A stretch of DNA of 64,000 nucleotides from Haplodiscus bocki (lineage: Eukaryota), in assembly GCA_965655095.1 (NCBI GenBank), contig OZ296649.1:94674001-94738000 (forward strand), given 5' to 3'. Shown one piece after another: positions 23,926-36,949 of the stretch (within the stretch, counting starts at the first letter, position 1; each line of letters starts with the position of its first letter). The position numbers and the translations under genes were made by a program. Below the pieces are notes generated by a model that saw only the letters and a program-made list of their open reading frames with translations, did not search any database and had not been told where the DNA came from.

Positions 23926-24685
23926 AGATTCAATCATCAATGATACAAAGCTGTGCGGAAATCTGTCTCGGTTCTCTGACCATTCTCCCATCACGATCAA
24001 TATGTCCATAAATAGTAAAGTTGCAGAGAAATTATCAACGGGATACTTTAGTTACTGCAATTGTGATTTCGATGCATTGAATGAGGATATCATTGCCAAT
24101 CCATTCGAACCGTACTCCTATAGCAATGTGGAGGTCAACACGAATCTTTGGTAAGCATGGATAATTAAATTGATCGAAAAACATGTTCCTATCCGAACTA
24201 AAAACAGACAACTACTGCCTCCATGGACATCTGATGAGACATCACATCACATGAACAAGATAAAAACTGAGCGAAGAAACTTACAGAAAAAGGCACTCTG
24301 TACGTCTGAAAAGCTGAAAAAGCTAACCGAAGAATGTGATCCATTGCAAACGAATGTTGGAGTCGATTACGAAGAAAGGCTTTTTGCCAGCAGACATAAA
24401 GGACGACTTTTCAAATATTTGAAAAGCCTGAAAAAAGACATTCTAGCGCCAGTCATAAAATCTGAAAGCTTGAAAAGGGAAGCTAGCACAGATCTCGAGA
24501 AAGCAAACCTTTTTATTAATTACTTTACTACGGTAGTGACTGATGACGATTATGAATACCTCGAACGAAGCGAACGGCATAATTTTGGGGAAAATGACGT
24601 CATAAAAACGGAAGATTTAATAAAAGCAGAGCTAAAGTCACTTAACATCTCGAAGAACAGTGGTCACGATTCGATACCACCCAGA

Positions 24686-26237
24686 TTGCTTAAAAAATGC
24701 GGGGGAACAATCGCTACGTCACGTCGAAACTTGTTCAGTAATATCAAGCGATTGCGCAAATTTCCATCTGCATGGAAGACTGGAATTGTCAGTCCGATAT
24801 ACAAAGACGGTGACAAAAAAGAAGTTTCGAACTATGGGCCAGTTACTCTCATAAACATAATCTCAAAATCATTTGAAAAATTCACTTTTGCACCAATTTA
24901 CACTGCGTTTGCTGATTGGATAAGCAATTTCCAATTTGGTTTTAGGCCGAGACGTTCAGTTGTACTGCAATTACTATACAGTTCATCTCATATCTACTCA
25001 CACTTGAACTCGAGAGACTTTGTTAATTTATTTGTTTTATTTGATTTCTCTGCAGCGTTTGACAAAATAAAGCATAGTGTCCTGATGAAAAAGTTACTAC
25101 AAATTCCCATCTCCAAGGCTTAATTCGAACTGATTCAAGACTACTTATTAGGAAGAACACAGAAAGTGCGAATAGGTGACCAGTTATCGAATGAGCGGAC
25201 TGTAACATCTGGAGTACCACAGGGATCAGTATTGGGACCCTTACTCTTCTTGATATACATAAGCGATCTCCCCACTGTTGTTTTCTCATCGATGGCTTTA
25301 CTGTTTGCCGATGATTTAAAACTGATTTTCAATGGGAGAGCTGAACAAGAATCCTTAGGAAAACTTCAAATCGATTTACAAGCCCTTCACAACTGGAGTA
25401 TGCAAAATCATCTACTATTCAATTTGAAAAAGTGTTCAATCAGCAAATTTCAGTACGGTAGAAACAAGAACACTCCCCAAGGAGTTTGTTTTATCATGGA
25501 GGGTCGAAATTTAAACCACAAAAGCCTGGTTCGGGACGTCGGCCTGTTCATAGATCAATCACTAAACTGGAACGAGCATGTGAAAGTAAGAGTCGGAAAG
25601 GCAGCAAAATTGTTCTTTCTGTTAAGAAGAAGTACCATGCCGATCATTTGCACCCAAACTAAAGCCCATCTTTACCGATCAATAATAACAACGTCGTTTT
25701 TTTGCATCCGAATGCTGGCAACTAAGAAATACGAGTTTGAAAATCATTGAAAACTTCAATAAAAAGGTTGTGAAGTGGATTTGCGGAAATTGGGACTATA
25801 GGGATGCTTTGGTCCAATCGAATTTATTACCACCACTCTACTTTAGAGTCCTCAAAGACCTTTTACTCTTCAGTAACAATTTGGAAGGAAGACACGATGT
25901 AGAGTTTTCGAAAGAATTCAAAATCAGTAACAGTGGTAGAAGAAGACGTGTTGTGCTCCCAGACACTAGACATGAAATACAGAGGCAAAACTTTTGGTAC
26001 AGGACTGTATTCAGAATAAACGTCGTCCAAAGATTTTTTGATTTCTTCAACCCGGAGAATCTGAAGAAGAAACTGATTGAATATATGTGGATGTATTTTA
26101 ATAGACATTGGACTGAAAACAATCGCTGTACTTGGATTTTCATTTGTTCATGTGTAAACTGTCTTGCCAATCCTAGATCCTAGATTGTAACAGAGGGGTA
26201 AAATTCCCCAGTGGCATATCCACGAAGTTATAATAAT

Positions 26238-26308
<71 letters not shown>

Positions 26309-29300
26309 TAAAATTTTTTAAAAAATGCGGGGGATCAATCGCTACGTCCCTTCGAAACTTGTTCAGTAATATCAAGCGATTGCGCAAATTTCCATCTGCA
26401 AAGAAGACTGGAATTGTCAGTTCGATATTCAAAGACGGTGACAAAAGAGAAGTTTCGAACTGTAGGCCAGTTACTCTTCTAAACATAATCTCAAAATCAT
26501 TTGAAAAATTCACCTTTGCACCAACTTACACTGCGTTTGCTGAATGTATAAGCAATTTCAAATTTGGTTTTAGGCCGAGACGTTCAGTTGTACTGCAATT
26601 ACTATACAGTTTATCTCATATCTACTCACACTTGAACTCGAGAGACTTTGTTAATTTATTTGTTTTATTTGATTTCTCTAAAGCGTTTGACAAAATAAAG
26701 CATAGTATCCTGATGAAAAAGTTACTACAAATTCCCATCTCCAAGGCTTTATTGGAACTGATTCAAGACTACTTATTAGGAAGAACACAGGAAGTGCGAA
26801 TAGGTGACCAGTTATCGAATGAGCGGACTGTAACATCTGGAGTACCACAGGAATCGGTATTGGGACCATTACTCTTCTTGATATACATAAACGATCTCCC
26901 CACTGTTGTTTTCTCATCGATGGCTTTACCGTGTGCCGATGATTTAAAACTCATTTTCAATGGGAGAGCTGAACAAGAATCCTTAGGAAAACTTCAAATC
27001 GATATAAAAGCCCTTCACAACTGGAGTATGCAAAATCATCTACTATTCAATTTGAAAAAGTGTTCAATCAGCGAATTTCAGAACGGTAGAAATAAGAACA
27101 CTCTCGAAGGAGTTTGTTTTATTATGGAGGGTCGAAATTTAAACCACAAAAGCCTGGTTCGTGACGTCGGCTTGTTCATAGGGGAATCACTAAACTGGAA
27201 CGAGCATGTGGAAGTAAGAGTTGGAAAGGCAGCAAAATCGTTCTTTCTGTTAAGAATAAGAACCATGCCGATCATTTGCACCCAGGCTAAAGCCCATCTT
27301 TACCGATCAATAATAACAACGTAGTTTTTTGCATCCGAATACTGGCAACTAAGAAATACGATTTTCAAAATCATTGATAAATTCAATAAAAAGTTTCTAA
27401 AGTGGATTTGCGGAAATTGGGATTATAAGGATGCTTTGGTCCAATCGAATTTATTACCAACATTATACTTTAAAGTGCTTAAAGACCTTTTACTCTCCAG
27501 TAACTTTTTGGAAGGAAGACACGATGTAGATTTTTCGAAAGAATTCAAAATCACTAACAGTGGTAGAAGAAGACGTGTTGTGCTCCCAGACACTAGACAT
27601 GAAATACAGAGGCAAAACTTTTGGTACAGGACTGGTTTCAGAATAAACGCGGTCCAATGATCTTTTGATTTCTTCAACCCGGAGAATCTGAAGAAGAAAC
27701 TGATTGAATATATGTGGATGTATTTTAATAGACATTGGACTGAAAACAATCGCTGTACTTGGATTTTCATTTGTTTATGTGTAAACTGTCTTGCCAATCC
27801 TAGATCCTAGATTGTAACAGAGGGGTGAAGTTCCCCAGTAGCATATCCACGAAGTTAAAGTAATAATAATAATAATAATAATAGTAATAATGATATTTTT
27901 TAAAAAATGCGGGGGATCAATCGCTACGTCCCATCGAAACTTGTTCAGTGATATCAAGCGATTGCGCAAATTTCTATCTGCATGGAAGTCTGGAATTGTC
28001 AGTCCGATATACAAAGACGGTGACAAAAGTGAAGTTTCGAACTGTAGGCCAGTTACTTTTCTAAACATAATCTCAAAATCATTTGAAAAATTCATCTTTG
28101 CACCAATTTACACTGCGTTTGCTGAATGTATAAGCAATTTCAATTTTGGTTTTAGGCCGAGACGTTCAGTTGTACTGCAATTACTCTACAGTTTATCTCA
28201 TATCTACTCACACTTGAACTCGAGAGACTTTGCTAATTTATTTGTTTTATTTGATTTCTCTAAAGCGTTTGACAAAATAAAGCATAGTATCCTGATGAAA
28301 AAGTTACTACAAATTCCCATCTCCAAGGCTTTATTGGAACTGATTCAAGACTACTTATTAGGAAGAACACAGAAAGTGCGAATAGGTGACCAGTTATCGA
28401 ATGAGCGGAATGTAACATCTGGAGTACCACAGGGATCGGTATTGGGACCATAACTCTTCTTGATATACATAAACGGTCTCCCCACTGTTGTTTTCTCATC
28501 GATGGCTTTACTGTTTGCCGATGATTTAAAACTGATTTTCAATGGGAGAGCTGAGCAAGAATCCTTAGGAAAACTTCAAATCGATATACAAGCCCCTCAC
28601 AACTGGAGTATGCAAAATCATCTACTATTCAATTCGAAAAAGTGTTCAATCAGCGAAATTCAGAACGGTAGAAATAAGAACACTCTCGAAGGAGTTTGTT
28701 TTATTATGGAGGGTCCAAATTTAAACCACAAAAGCCTGGTTCGTGACGTCGGCCTGTTCATAGATGAATCACTAAACTGGAACGAGCATGTGAAAGTAAG
28801 AGTTGGAAAGGCAGCAAAACCGTTCTTTCTGTTAAGAAGAAGTACCATGCCGATCATTTGCACCCAGACTAAAGCCCATCTTTACCGATCAATAATAACA
28901 ACGCAGTTTTTTGCATCCCATTGCTGGCAACTAAGGAATACGAGTTTCAAAATCATTGAAAAATTCAATAAAAAGGTTCTAAAGTGGATTTGCGGAAATT
29001 GGGATTATAAGGATGCTTTGGTCCAATCGAATTTATTACCAACATTATACTTTAAAGTGCTTAAAGACCTTTTACTCTCCAGTAACATTTTGGAAGGAAG
29101 ACACGATGTAGATTTCTCGAAAGAATTCAAAATCATTAACAGTGGTAGAAGAAGACGTGTTGTGCTCCCAGACACTAGACATGAAAGACAGAGGCAAAAC
29201 TTTTGGTACAGGACTGGATTCAGAATAAACGTCGTCCAAAGATTTTTTGATTTCTTCAACCCGGAGAATCTGAAGAAGAAACTGATTGAATATATGTGGA

Positions 29301-32300
29301 TGTATTTTAATATACATTGGACTGAAAACAATCGCTGTACTTGGATTTTCATTTGTTTATGTGTAAACTGTCTTGCCAATCCTAGATCCTAGATTGTAAC
29401 AGAGGGGTAAAATTCCCCAGTGGCACATCCACGAAGTTAAAGTAATAATAATAGGAATAATAATAATAATAATGATATTTTTTAAAAAATGCGGGGGATC
29501 AATCGCTACGTCCCATCGAAACTTGTTCAGTGATATCAAGCGATTGCGCAAATTTCTATCTGCATGGAAGTCTGGAATTGTCAGTCCGATATACAAAGAC
29601 GGTGACAAAAGTGAAGTTTCGAACTGTAGGCCAGTTACTTTTCTAAACATAATCTCAAAATCATTTGAAAAATTCATCTTTGCACCAATTTACACTGCGT
29701 TTGCTGAATGTATAAGCAATTTCAAATTTGGTTTTAGGCCGAGACGTTCAGTTGTACTGCAATTACTCTACAGTTTATCTCATATCTACTCACACTTGAA
29801 CTCGAGAGACTTTGTTAATTGATTTGTTTTATTTGATTTCTCTAAAGCGTTTGACAAAATAAAGCATAGTATCCTGATGAAAAAGTTACTACAAATTCCC
29901 ATCTCCAAGGCTTTATTGGAACTGATTCAAGACTACTTATTAGGAAGAACACAGGAAGTGCGAATAGGTGATCAGTTATCGAATGAGCGGAATGTAACAT
30001 CTGGAGTACCACTGGGATCGGTATTGGGACCATTACTCTTCTTGATATACATAAACGGTCTCCACACTGTTCTTTTCTCATCGATGGCTTTACTGTTTGC
30101 CGATGATTTGAAACTGATTTTCAATGGGAGAGCTGAGCAAGAATCCTTAGGAAAACTTCAAATCGATATACAAGCCCCTCACAACTGGAGTATGCGAAAT
30201 CATCTACTATTCAATTTGAAAAAGTGTTCAATCAGCGAATTTCAGAACGGTAGAAATAAGAACACTCTCGAAGGAGTTTGTCTTATTATGGAGGGTCGAA
30301 ATTTAAACCACAAAAGCCTGGTTCGTGACGTCGGCCTGTTCATAGATGAATCACTAAACTGGACCGAGCATGTGAAAGTAAGAGTTGGAAAGGCAGCAAA
30401 ACCGTTCTTTCTGTTAAGAAGAAGTACCATGCCGATCATTTGCACCCAGACTAAAGCCCATCTTTACCGATCAATAATGTCGTTTTTTGCATCCCATTGC
30501 TGGCAACTAAGGAATACGAGTTTCAAAATCATTGGAAAATTCAATAAAAAGTTTCTGAAGTGGATTTGCGGAAATTGGGATTATAAGGATGCTTTGGTCC
30601 AATCGAATTTATTACCACCACTCTACTTTAAAGTGCTTATAGACCTTTTACTCTCCAGTAACATTTTGGAAGGAAGACACTATGTAGATTTTTCGAAAGA
30701 ATTCAAAATCACTAACAGTGGTAGAAGAAGACGTGTTGTGCTTCTTGACACTAGACATGAAATACAGAGGCAAAACTTTTGGTACAGGACTGGTTTCAGA
30801 ATAAACGCCGTCCAATGATCTTTTGATTTCTTCAACCCGGAGAATCTGAAGAAGAAACTGATTGAAAATATGTGGATATATTTTAAAAGACATTGGACTG
30901 AAAACAATCCCTGTGCTTGGATTTTCATTTGTTTATGTGTAAACTGTCTTGCCAATCCTAGATCCTAGATTGTAACAGAGGGGTAAAATTCCCCAGTGGC
31001 ATATCCACGAAGTTATAATATTAATAATAATAACAATAATATTTTTTAAAAAATGCGGGGGATCAATCGCTACGTCCCTTCGAAACTTGTTCAGTAATAT
31101 GAAGCGATTGCGCAAATTTCCATCTGCATGGAAGACTGGAATTGTCAGTCCGATATACAAAGACGGTGACAAAAGAGAAGTTTCGAACTGTAGGCCAGTT
31201 ACTCTCCTAAATGTTATCTCAAAATCATTTGAAAAATTCATCTTTGCACCAATTTACACTGCGTTTGCTGATTGTATAAGCAATTTCCGATTTGGTTTTA
31301 GGCCGAGACGTTCGGTTGTACTGCAATTTTTATACAGTTTATCTCATATCTACTCATGTTTGAACTCGAGGAATTTGCTAATTTCTTTGTTTTATTTGAT
31401 TTCTCTAAAGCGTTTGACAAAATAAAGCATAGTATCTTGATGAAAATTTTACTACAAATTCCCATCTCCAAGGCTTTATTCGAACTGATTCAGGACTACT
31501 TAGTAGGAAGAACACAGAAAGTGCGAATAGGTGACCAGTTATCGAATGAGCGGACTGTAACATTGGGACCATTACTCTTCTTGATATAAATAAACGATCT
31601 CCCCACTGTTGTTTTCTCACCGATGGTTTTACTGTTTGCCGATGATTTGAAACCGATTCTCAATGGGAGAGCTGAACAAGAATCCTTAGGAAAACTTCAA
31701 ATCGATTTACAAGCCCTTCACAACTGGAGTATGCAAACAAATCTTGTATTCATATTGAAAAAGTTTTCAATCAGCGAACTTCAGTACGGTGGAAATAAGA
31801 ACACTCCCGAATGAGTTTGTTTTATTGTGGAGGGTCGAAATTTAAACCACAAAAACTTGGTTCGTGACCGCGGCCTGTTCATAGATGAATCACTAAACTG
31901 GAACTAGCTAGTGAACGTAAGAGTTGGAAAGGCAGCAAAATCGTTCTTTCTCTTAAGAAGAAGTACCATGCCGATCATTTGCACCCAGACTTAAGCGCAT
32001 CTTTACCGATCAATAATAACAACATCGTTACTTTTGCATCCGATTGCCGGGAACTAAGAAACCCGAATTTCAAAATCATTGAAAACTTCAATAAAATGGT
32101 TCTGAAGTGGACTTGCGGAAATTGGTTTAAAAGATGCTTTGGTCCAATTCATTTATTACCACCACTCTACTTTAAAGTGCTTAAAGACCTTTTACTCTTC
32201 AGTAACATTTTGGAAGGAAGACACAATGTAGATTTTTCGAAAGAATTCAAAATCACTAACAGCGGTAGAAGAAGACGTGTTGTTCTTCCAGACACTAGAT

Positions 32301-34155
32301 ATGAAATACAGAGGCAAAACTTTTGGTACAGGACTGGATTCAGAATAAACGTCGTCCAAAGATCTTTTGATTTCTTCAACGCGGAGAATCTGAAGAAATT
32401 GATTGAATATATGTGGATGTATTTTAATAGACATTGGACTGAAAACAATCCCTGTACTTGGATTTTCATTTGTTTATGTGTAAACTGTCTGGCCAATCCT
32501 AGATCCTAGATTGTAACAGAGGGGTGAATTTCCCCCGTGGCATATCCACGAAGTTAAAGTAATAACAATAATAATATTAATAATAATATTATTTTTTAAA
32601 AAATGCGGGGGATCAATCGCTACGTCCCTTCGAAACTTGTTCAGTAATATCGAACGATTGCACAAATTTCCATCTGCATGGAAGACTGGAATTGTCAGTC
32701 CGATATACAAAGACGGTGACAAAAGAGAATTTTCGAACTGTAGGCCAGTTACTCTCCTAAACATAATCTCAAAATCATTTGAAAAATTCATCTTTGCACC
32801 AATATACACTGCGTTTGCTGATCGTATAAGCATTTTCCGATTTGGTTTTAGGCCGAGACGTTCGGTTGTACTGCAATTATTATACAGTTTATCTCATATC
32901 TACTCACATTTGAACTCGAGGACTCTGTTAATTTCTTTGTTTTATTTGATTTCTCTAAAGCGTTTGACAAAATAAAGCATAGCATCTTGATGAAAAATTT
33001 ACTACAAATTCCCATCTCCAAGGCTTTATTCGAACTGATTTAAGACTACTTAGTAGGAAGAACACAGAAAGTGCGAATAATTGACCAGTTATCGAATGAG
33101 CGGACTGTAACATCTGGAGTACCACAGGGATCGGTATTGGGACAATTACTCTTCTTGATATAGATAAACGATCTCGCCACTGTTGTTTTCTCATCCTTGG
33201 TTTTACTGTTTGCCGATGATTTAAAACGGATTCTCAATGGGAGATCTGAACAAGAATCCTGAGGAAAACTTCAAATCGATTTACAAGCCCTTCACAACTG
33301 GATTATGCAAACAAATCTAATATTCAGTTTGAAAAAGTGTTCAATCAGCGAATTTCAGTACGGTAAAAATAAGAACACTGCCGATGTAGTTTGTTTTTTT
33401 ATAGGTGGTCGAAATTTAGACCACAAAAATCTGGTTCGTGACCGCGGCCTGTTCATAGATGAATCACTAAACTGGAACTAGCTAGTGAACGTAAGAGTTG
33501 GAAAGGCAGCAAAATCGTTCTTTCTCTTAAGAAGAAGTACCATGCCGATCATTTGCACCCAGAGTTAAGCCCATCTCTACCGATCAATAATAACAACGTC
33601 GTTACGTTTTGCATCCGATTGCTGGGAACTAAGAAATACGAATTTCAGAATCATTGAAAACTTCAATAAAATGGTTCTGAAGTGGACTTGCGGAAATTGG
33701 TTTATAAAGATGCTTTGGTCCAATCAAATTTATTACCACCACTCTACTTTAAGGTGCTTAAAGACCTTTTACTCTTTTGTAACATTTTGGAAGGAAGACA
33801 CGATGTAGATTTTTCGAAAGAATTCAAAATCACTAACAGCGGTAGAAGAAGACGTGTTGTGCTTCCAGACACTAGATATGAAATACAGAGGCAAAATTTT
33901 TGGTACAGGACTGGATTCAGAATAAACGTCGTCCAAAGACCTTCTGATTTCTTCAACCCGGAGAATCTGAAGAAGAAACTGATTGAATATATGTGGATGT
34001 ATTTTAATATACATTGGACTGAAAACAATCCCTGTACTTGGATTTTCATTTGTTTATGTGTAAACTGTCTTGCCAATCCTAGATCCTAGATTGTAACAGA
34101 GGGGTAAAGTTCACCAGTGGCATATCCACGAAATTATAATAATAATAATAATAAT
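24686..34155 (+). repeat. Tandem array of six ~1.58-kb LINE 3' halves (RT domain, 3'UTR, (TAA)n tail)
   Basis: Units end at about 26310, 27892, 29473, 31038, 32588 and 34155. Units 2-6 all restart at (at)attttttaaaaaatgcgggggatcaatcg and end CVNCLANPRS* followed by the 3'UTR and (TAA)n. Each has its own stops and indels. Confidence 0.97.
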
Positions 34156-36767
34156 AATTGCCACATTCAAACGACACCTGGACGATGGAGTTGTTTGTGA
34201 AGTAGCGCCAAAGCTGCTTGCTAGCAGCGGACTGTCGGGATGAAGCGTCCACGCCAAGGTTGTTCGAGTCCCTCTTGTAGACAACCTCGTTCGAAAACTC
34301 TAAGGGTTTTAGCTTCCACCGGTATAACTTTTCGTTTTTCAGACGAAACAGTTGACGTGAAATTCTGAAGGAGGTTGATTTCTGATCCGTTGTAAGAACA
34401 GTGGGGTAGGTTCTGACAAAATCACACCATTTCTTTATAACTTCTAAAAAAGACATATTTTCTCGCTCTATTGATGACTTTCGTTGTCTTGGCTGCAACA
34501 TTGACTTAAAAAAAGTGGAGGTGCTTAACTGGCCTTTGACAAAAAGGCCCCGATAGCTGTTTTGGCTTCATCCATTTCTATATTGGGCGGTTGCCCATCT
34601 GACCATCTGATGATGGGACAGATCGTGTCGACCAAACTAATTCGTTCTTAATTCCACCAATGACGGATAAACAGTCATTGTTGGGAGGTAGGGCGGATTG
34701 TTTCAACGCTTCCAAAAGAACTCTAGTCTGACTTTTGCAGAGTATTGGAAGACCCACTTGGCATAAAATGAGAAGAAGCCGATTGACCGCGTCAGCTGTG
34801 GCTCGCTGACAAGAACAGGATAATCCAATAAAATTCGGAGTCGCTCCCGATCAGGTCTTTCGGAACCTTGCTCGATGACTTGACCAAGTAAGTTTAGCTG
34901 CTGGGTCCCCAAGACGCATTTTTCTATGTTGAGTGTAAGGTCGACCTGAGCTGCGGCATCCAAAAAACTTTTGCAGCTCAGATTGTGTGCTTCTTCCATT
35001 TTGTCTCCAATATAAGTGTCGTCGAGATAAAGAACGGCTCCCGAGAGACCATTTTTCCCTATCAACTGTTCCATAAAACGTTGGAACGCTGGCACTGCGT
35101 TTGTATCACCAAATGGGATGCATATAGATTGCCAAAAATGTTCACACGCTTCCAATGCTTTGAACGTGTGGTCTTCTTTAGAAATCACGACCTGATGATA
35201 GGCAAACGTGAGATCGAATTTACCGAAGAACTTGTGTGCGGCGCCAGGGTTGAACGTAGGTTGAATTTCGAGAAATGGATAAGCGTCAACGCCGCTATAC
35301 AGATTGACGGTCTCTGCAAAGTCGATAATCATACTTCGTTTCTTGTTTCGCCTTTCACGTTAAAGGCCTCCGTTCTCAATGGGGACACGGATTGTACGAT
35401 TGTGCCCAGGCTTTTTCGATTGTGTACGATTCCGTTGAATTCCGTCTTTTTGAAAAGTTTTTTCGAATGAAACATACCGCGAGATTTAGCTGAAGAGATT
35501 TCGTCAGAGAAGAAGATCAGCGGATCGACTTCCATCAATGGAAAAACACACTGCAACAAACGCTGTTGTTTAGAAATGCGAAAGTGATCGGCAGTCTTGA
35601 ACCAATTGCAGTGAGTGATACTACTTTATGACTACGTAGAATGTCCATTTCGGTAATTACATCAGCAATAAAGATGTCAACGACGCAAAGTCGGCAGGAG
35701 TTTGCTTCAACTTTGATAGCGAGGTTGACCTCTGTATACCCGTGGATTATGAATTAGGGTTCGGTTGCGAGACGTGCTGTTGATCATTCCTTGGTTACAC
35801 TTAGACCGAAGTGTTGTGCTAGTTTGAGAGTGATAAAACTATCGGTCGCAGCGGGATCGTTCAGTGCTGTCACCGCGAGTGGCCCGTTGATAATAACATT
35901 CTCATGAACCTTTTTTTGTAATGAATATGTCCGATGAGTGGCATAAAACAACTGAGATAGAGTCTCCAAAACGAACGTCGCCCTACACAGCAATTGAGGA
36001 GGATCAACAAATGATGGTCCAGTGACCAACCTTAGCGCACTTTTGACAATTCTCGCGCTTCACGTGGCAATGTGCACAAGGACGAGGGCTAGTGCCGCAG
36101 TATATACATTCTTGTTCCTTGTTGTTGCTGTTGGGATTGTTTGCCCGTTTGCTAGCGATTGTTCTGTAAAGCTGATACGGAGTCGTTGGATCTTGTAGTA
36201 CCTTTGAAACTGATGTGAAACTAGATGGTTCCGATCTGTCCGCTTGAACAATCCACTGACATCTGAATGGCTTAAGCGAGCAAAATACAGTTATCCATTG
36301 ACTTATAACATGCAGCTATAACAGTCTATCACGCATTTGATAGTATCCAATTCCGACAACCATTGCGTTTCTTTAAAGTAAAAGACACTGCGCATCTGCT
36401 TTGATGTCTCCGCATTCGCATAACTCGACTAAGCTTTTCAGACGTTTGATTGAGCCGAGATTTGACCTGCCTTCTCTTTGTCGACTGGATGGAAGTTGCT
36501 ATGGGGCATGTATGAGATATATTGGTTTCTAGAATTGTCTCGAACTTTAGCCATGGCATCTGCGAATGTGCAGATTTTCGAATCAGGCGGAAAAAAAACC
36601 GGGCCTTCTCAACTACGAAGGAAAATGAGCCTCTGAGCATCTTCGGTGATCACATTTATGGATAAGTTACCGGGAATGCTTGTTTTCACCACGAAATTTG
36701 ATCGGACATCGGTTTCGGCAGCAGAGTGAGTGGTTTGAGTTTCCTTTTGAGGTACTTTAGTTAAATT

Positions 36768-36905
36768 ATTGCGCCAGAAAAGAGAAAATAAGCTCCGTTC
36801 GCAAGCTTCAACTAACGTACACAATATAAAAAGACAACAACAGTAAGTGTAAACGGAACGCATATTGAATAACAAGCTTATCACATTTCACAAACAAACG
36901 AAAGT
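36768..36905 (-). repeat. Putative 5' LTR of the gypsy element
   Basis: Diverged direct repeat of 20431-20550, upstream of the gag/protease region. Boundaries are approximate. Confidence 0.6.
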
Positions 36906-36949
36906 TTTCATTTTTTTGTTTTCGCTCAATTGGAGTTGCCATTTAACCA

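Larger units (their letters stand above)
23186..26310 (+). mobile_element. L2/CR1-group LINE copy B inserted into copy A (leader remnant, SGNH ORF1, internally deleted ORF2, (TAA)n tail)
   Basis: Begins AACTTATTAAATAG. ORF 23272-23925. Region 23890-24680 duplicates 22389-23180. RT motifs FDFSAAFDKI, SGVPQGSVLGP and FADDLK; C-terminal CTWIFICSCVNC; long (TAA)n at ~26229-26310. Confidence 0.88.
20431..36905 (-). mobile_element. Old Ty3/gypsy LTR retrotransposon (~4.1 kb of its own sequence) interrupted by a 12.4-kb LINE block
   Basis: Protease-like TALNDPAATDSFIT (~35850), RT with FDLTFAYHQV, IPFG and YLDD (34703-35332), RNase H SSIERE..TDQKS (34079-34501), and integrase H..H / CRTC, SIDLVGP, IHSDRG, TPYNP (34160-34200 and 21300-21748). 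The order PR-RT-RH-IN is gypsy-type. Diverged terminal direct repeats at both ends. Confidence 0.88.

Noticed and set aside
25023-34076. Recurrent minus-strand ORFs (MARQFTH.., MNFSNDFEI.., poly-Ile)
   Set aside because: Antisense frames of the repeated RT unit. Poly-Ile is simply the (TAA)n tail.
24686-34155. Array read as six independent 5'-truncated LINE insertions, or as a functional multi-RT gene cluster
   Set aside because: Identical start points coincide with the breakpoint of copy A, and every unit has stops or frameshifts. Tandem amplification explains it better.
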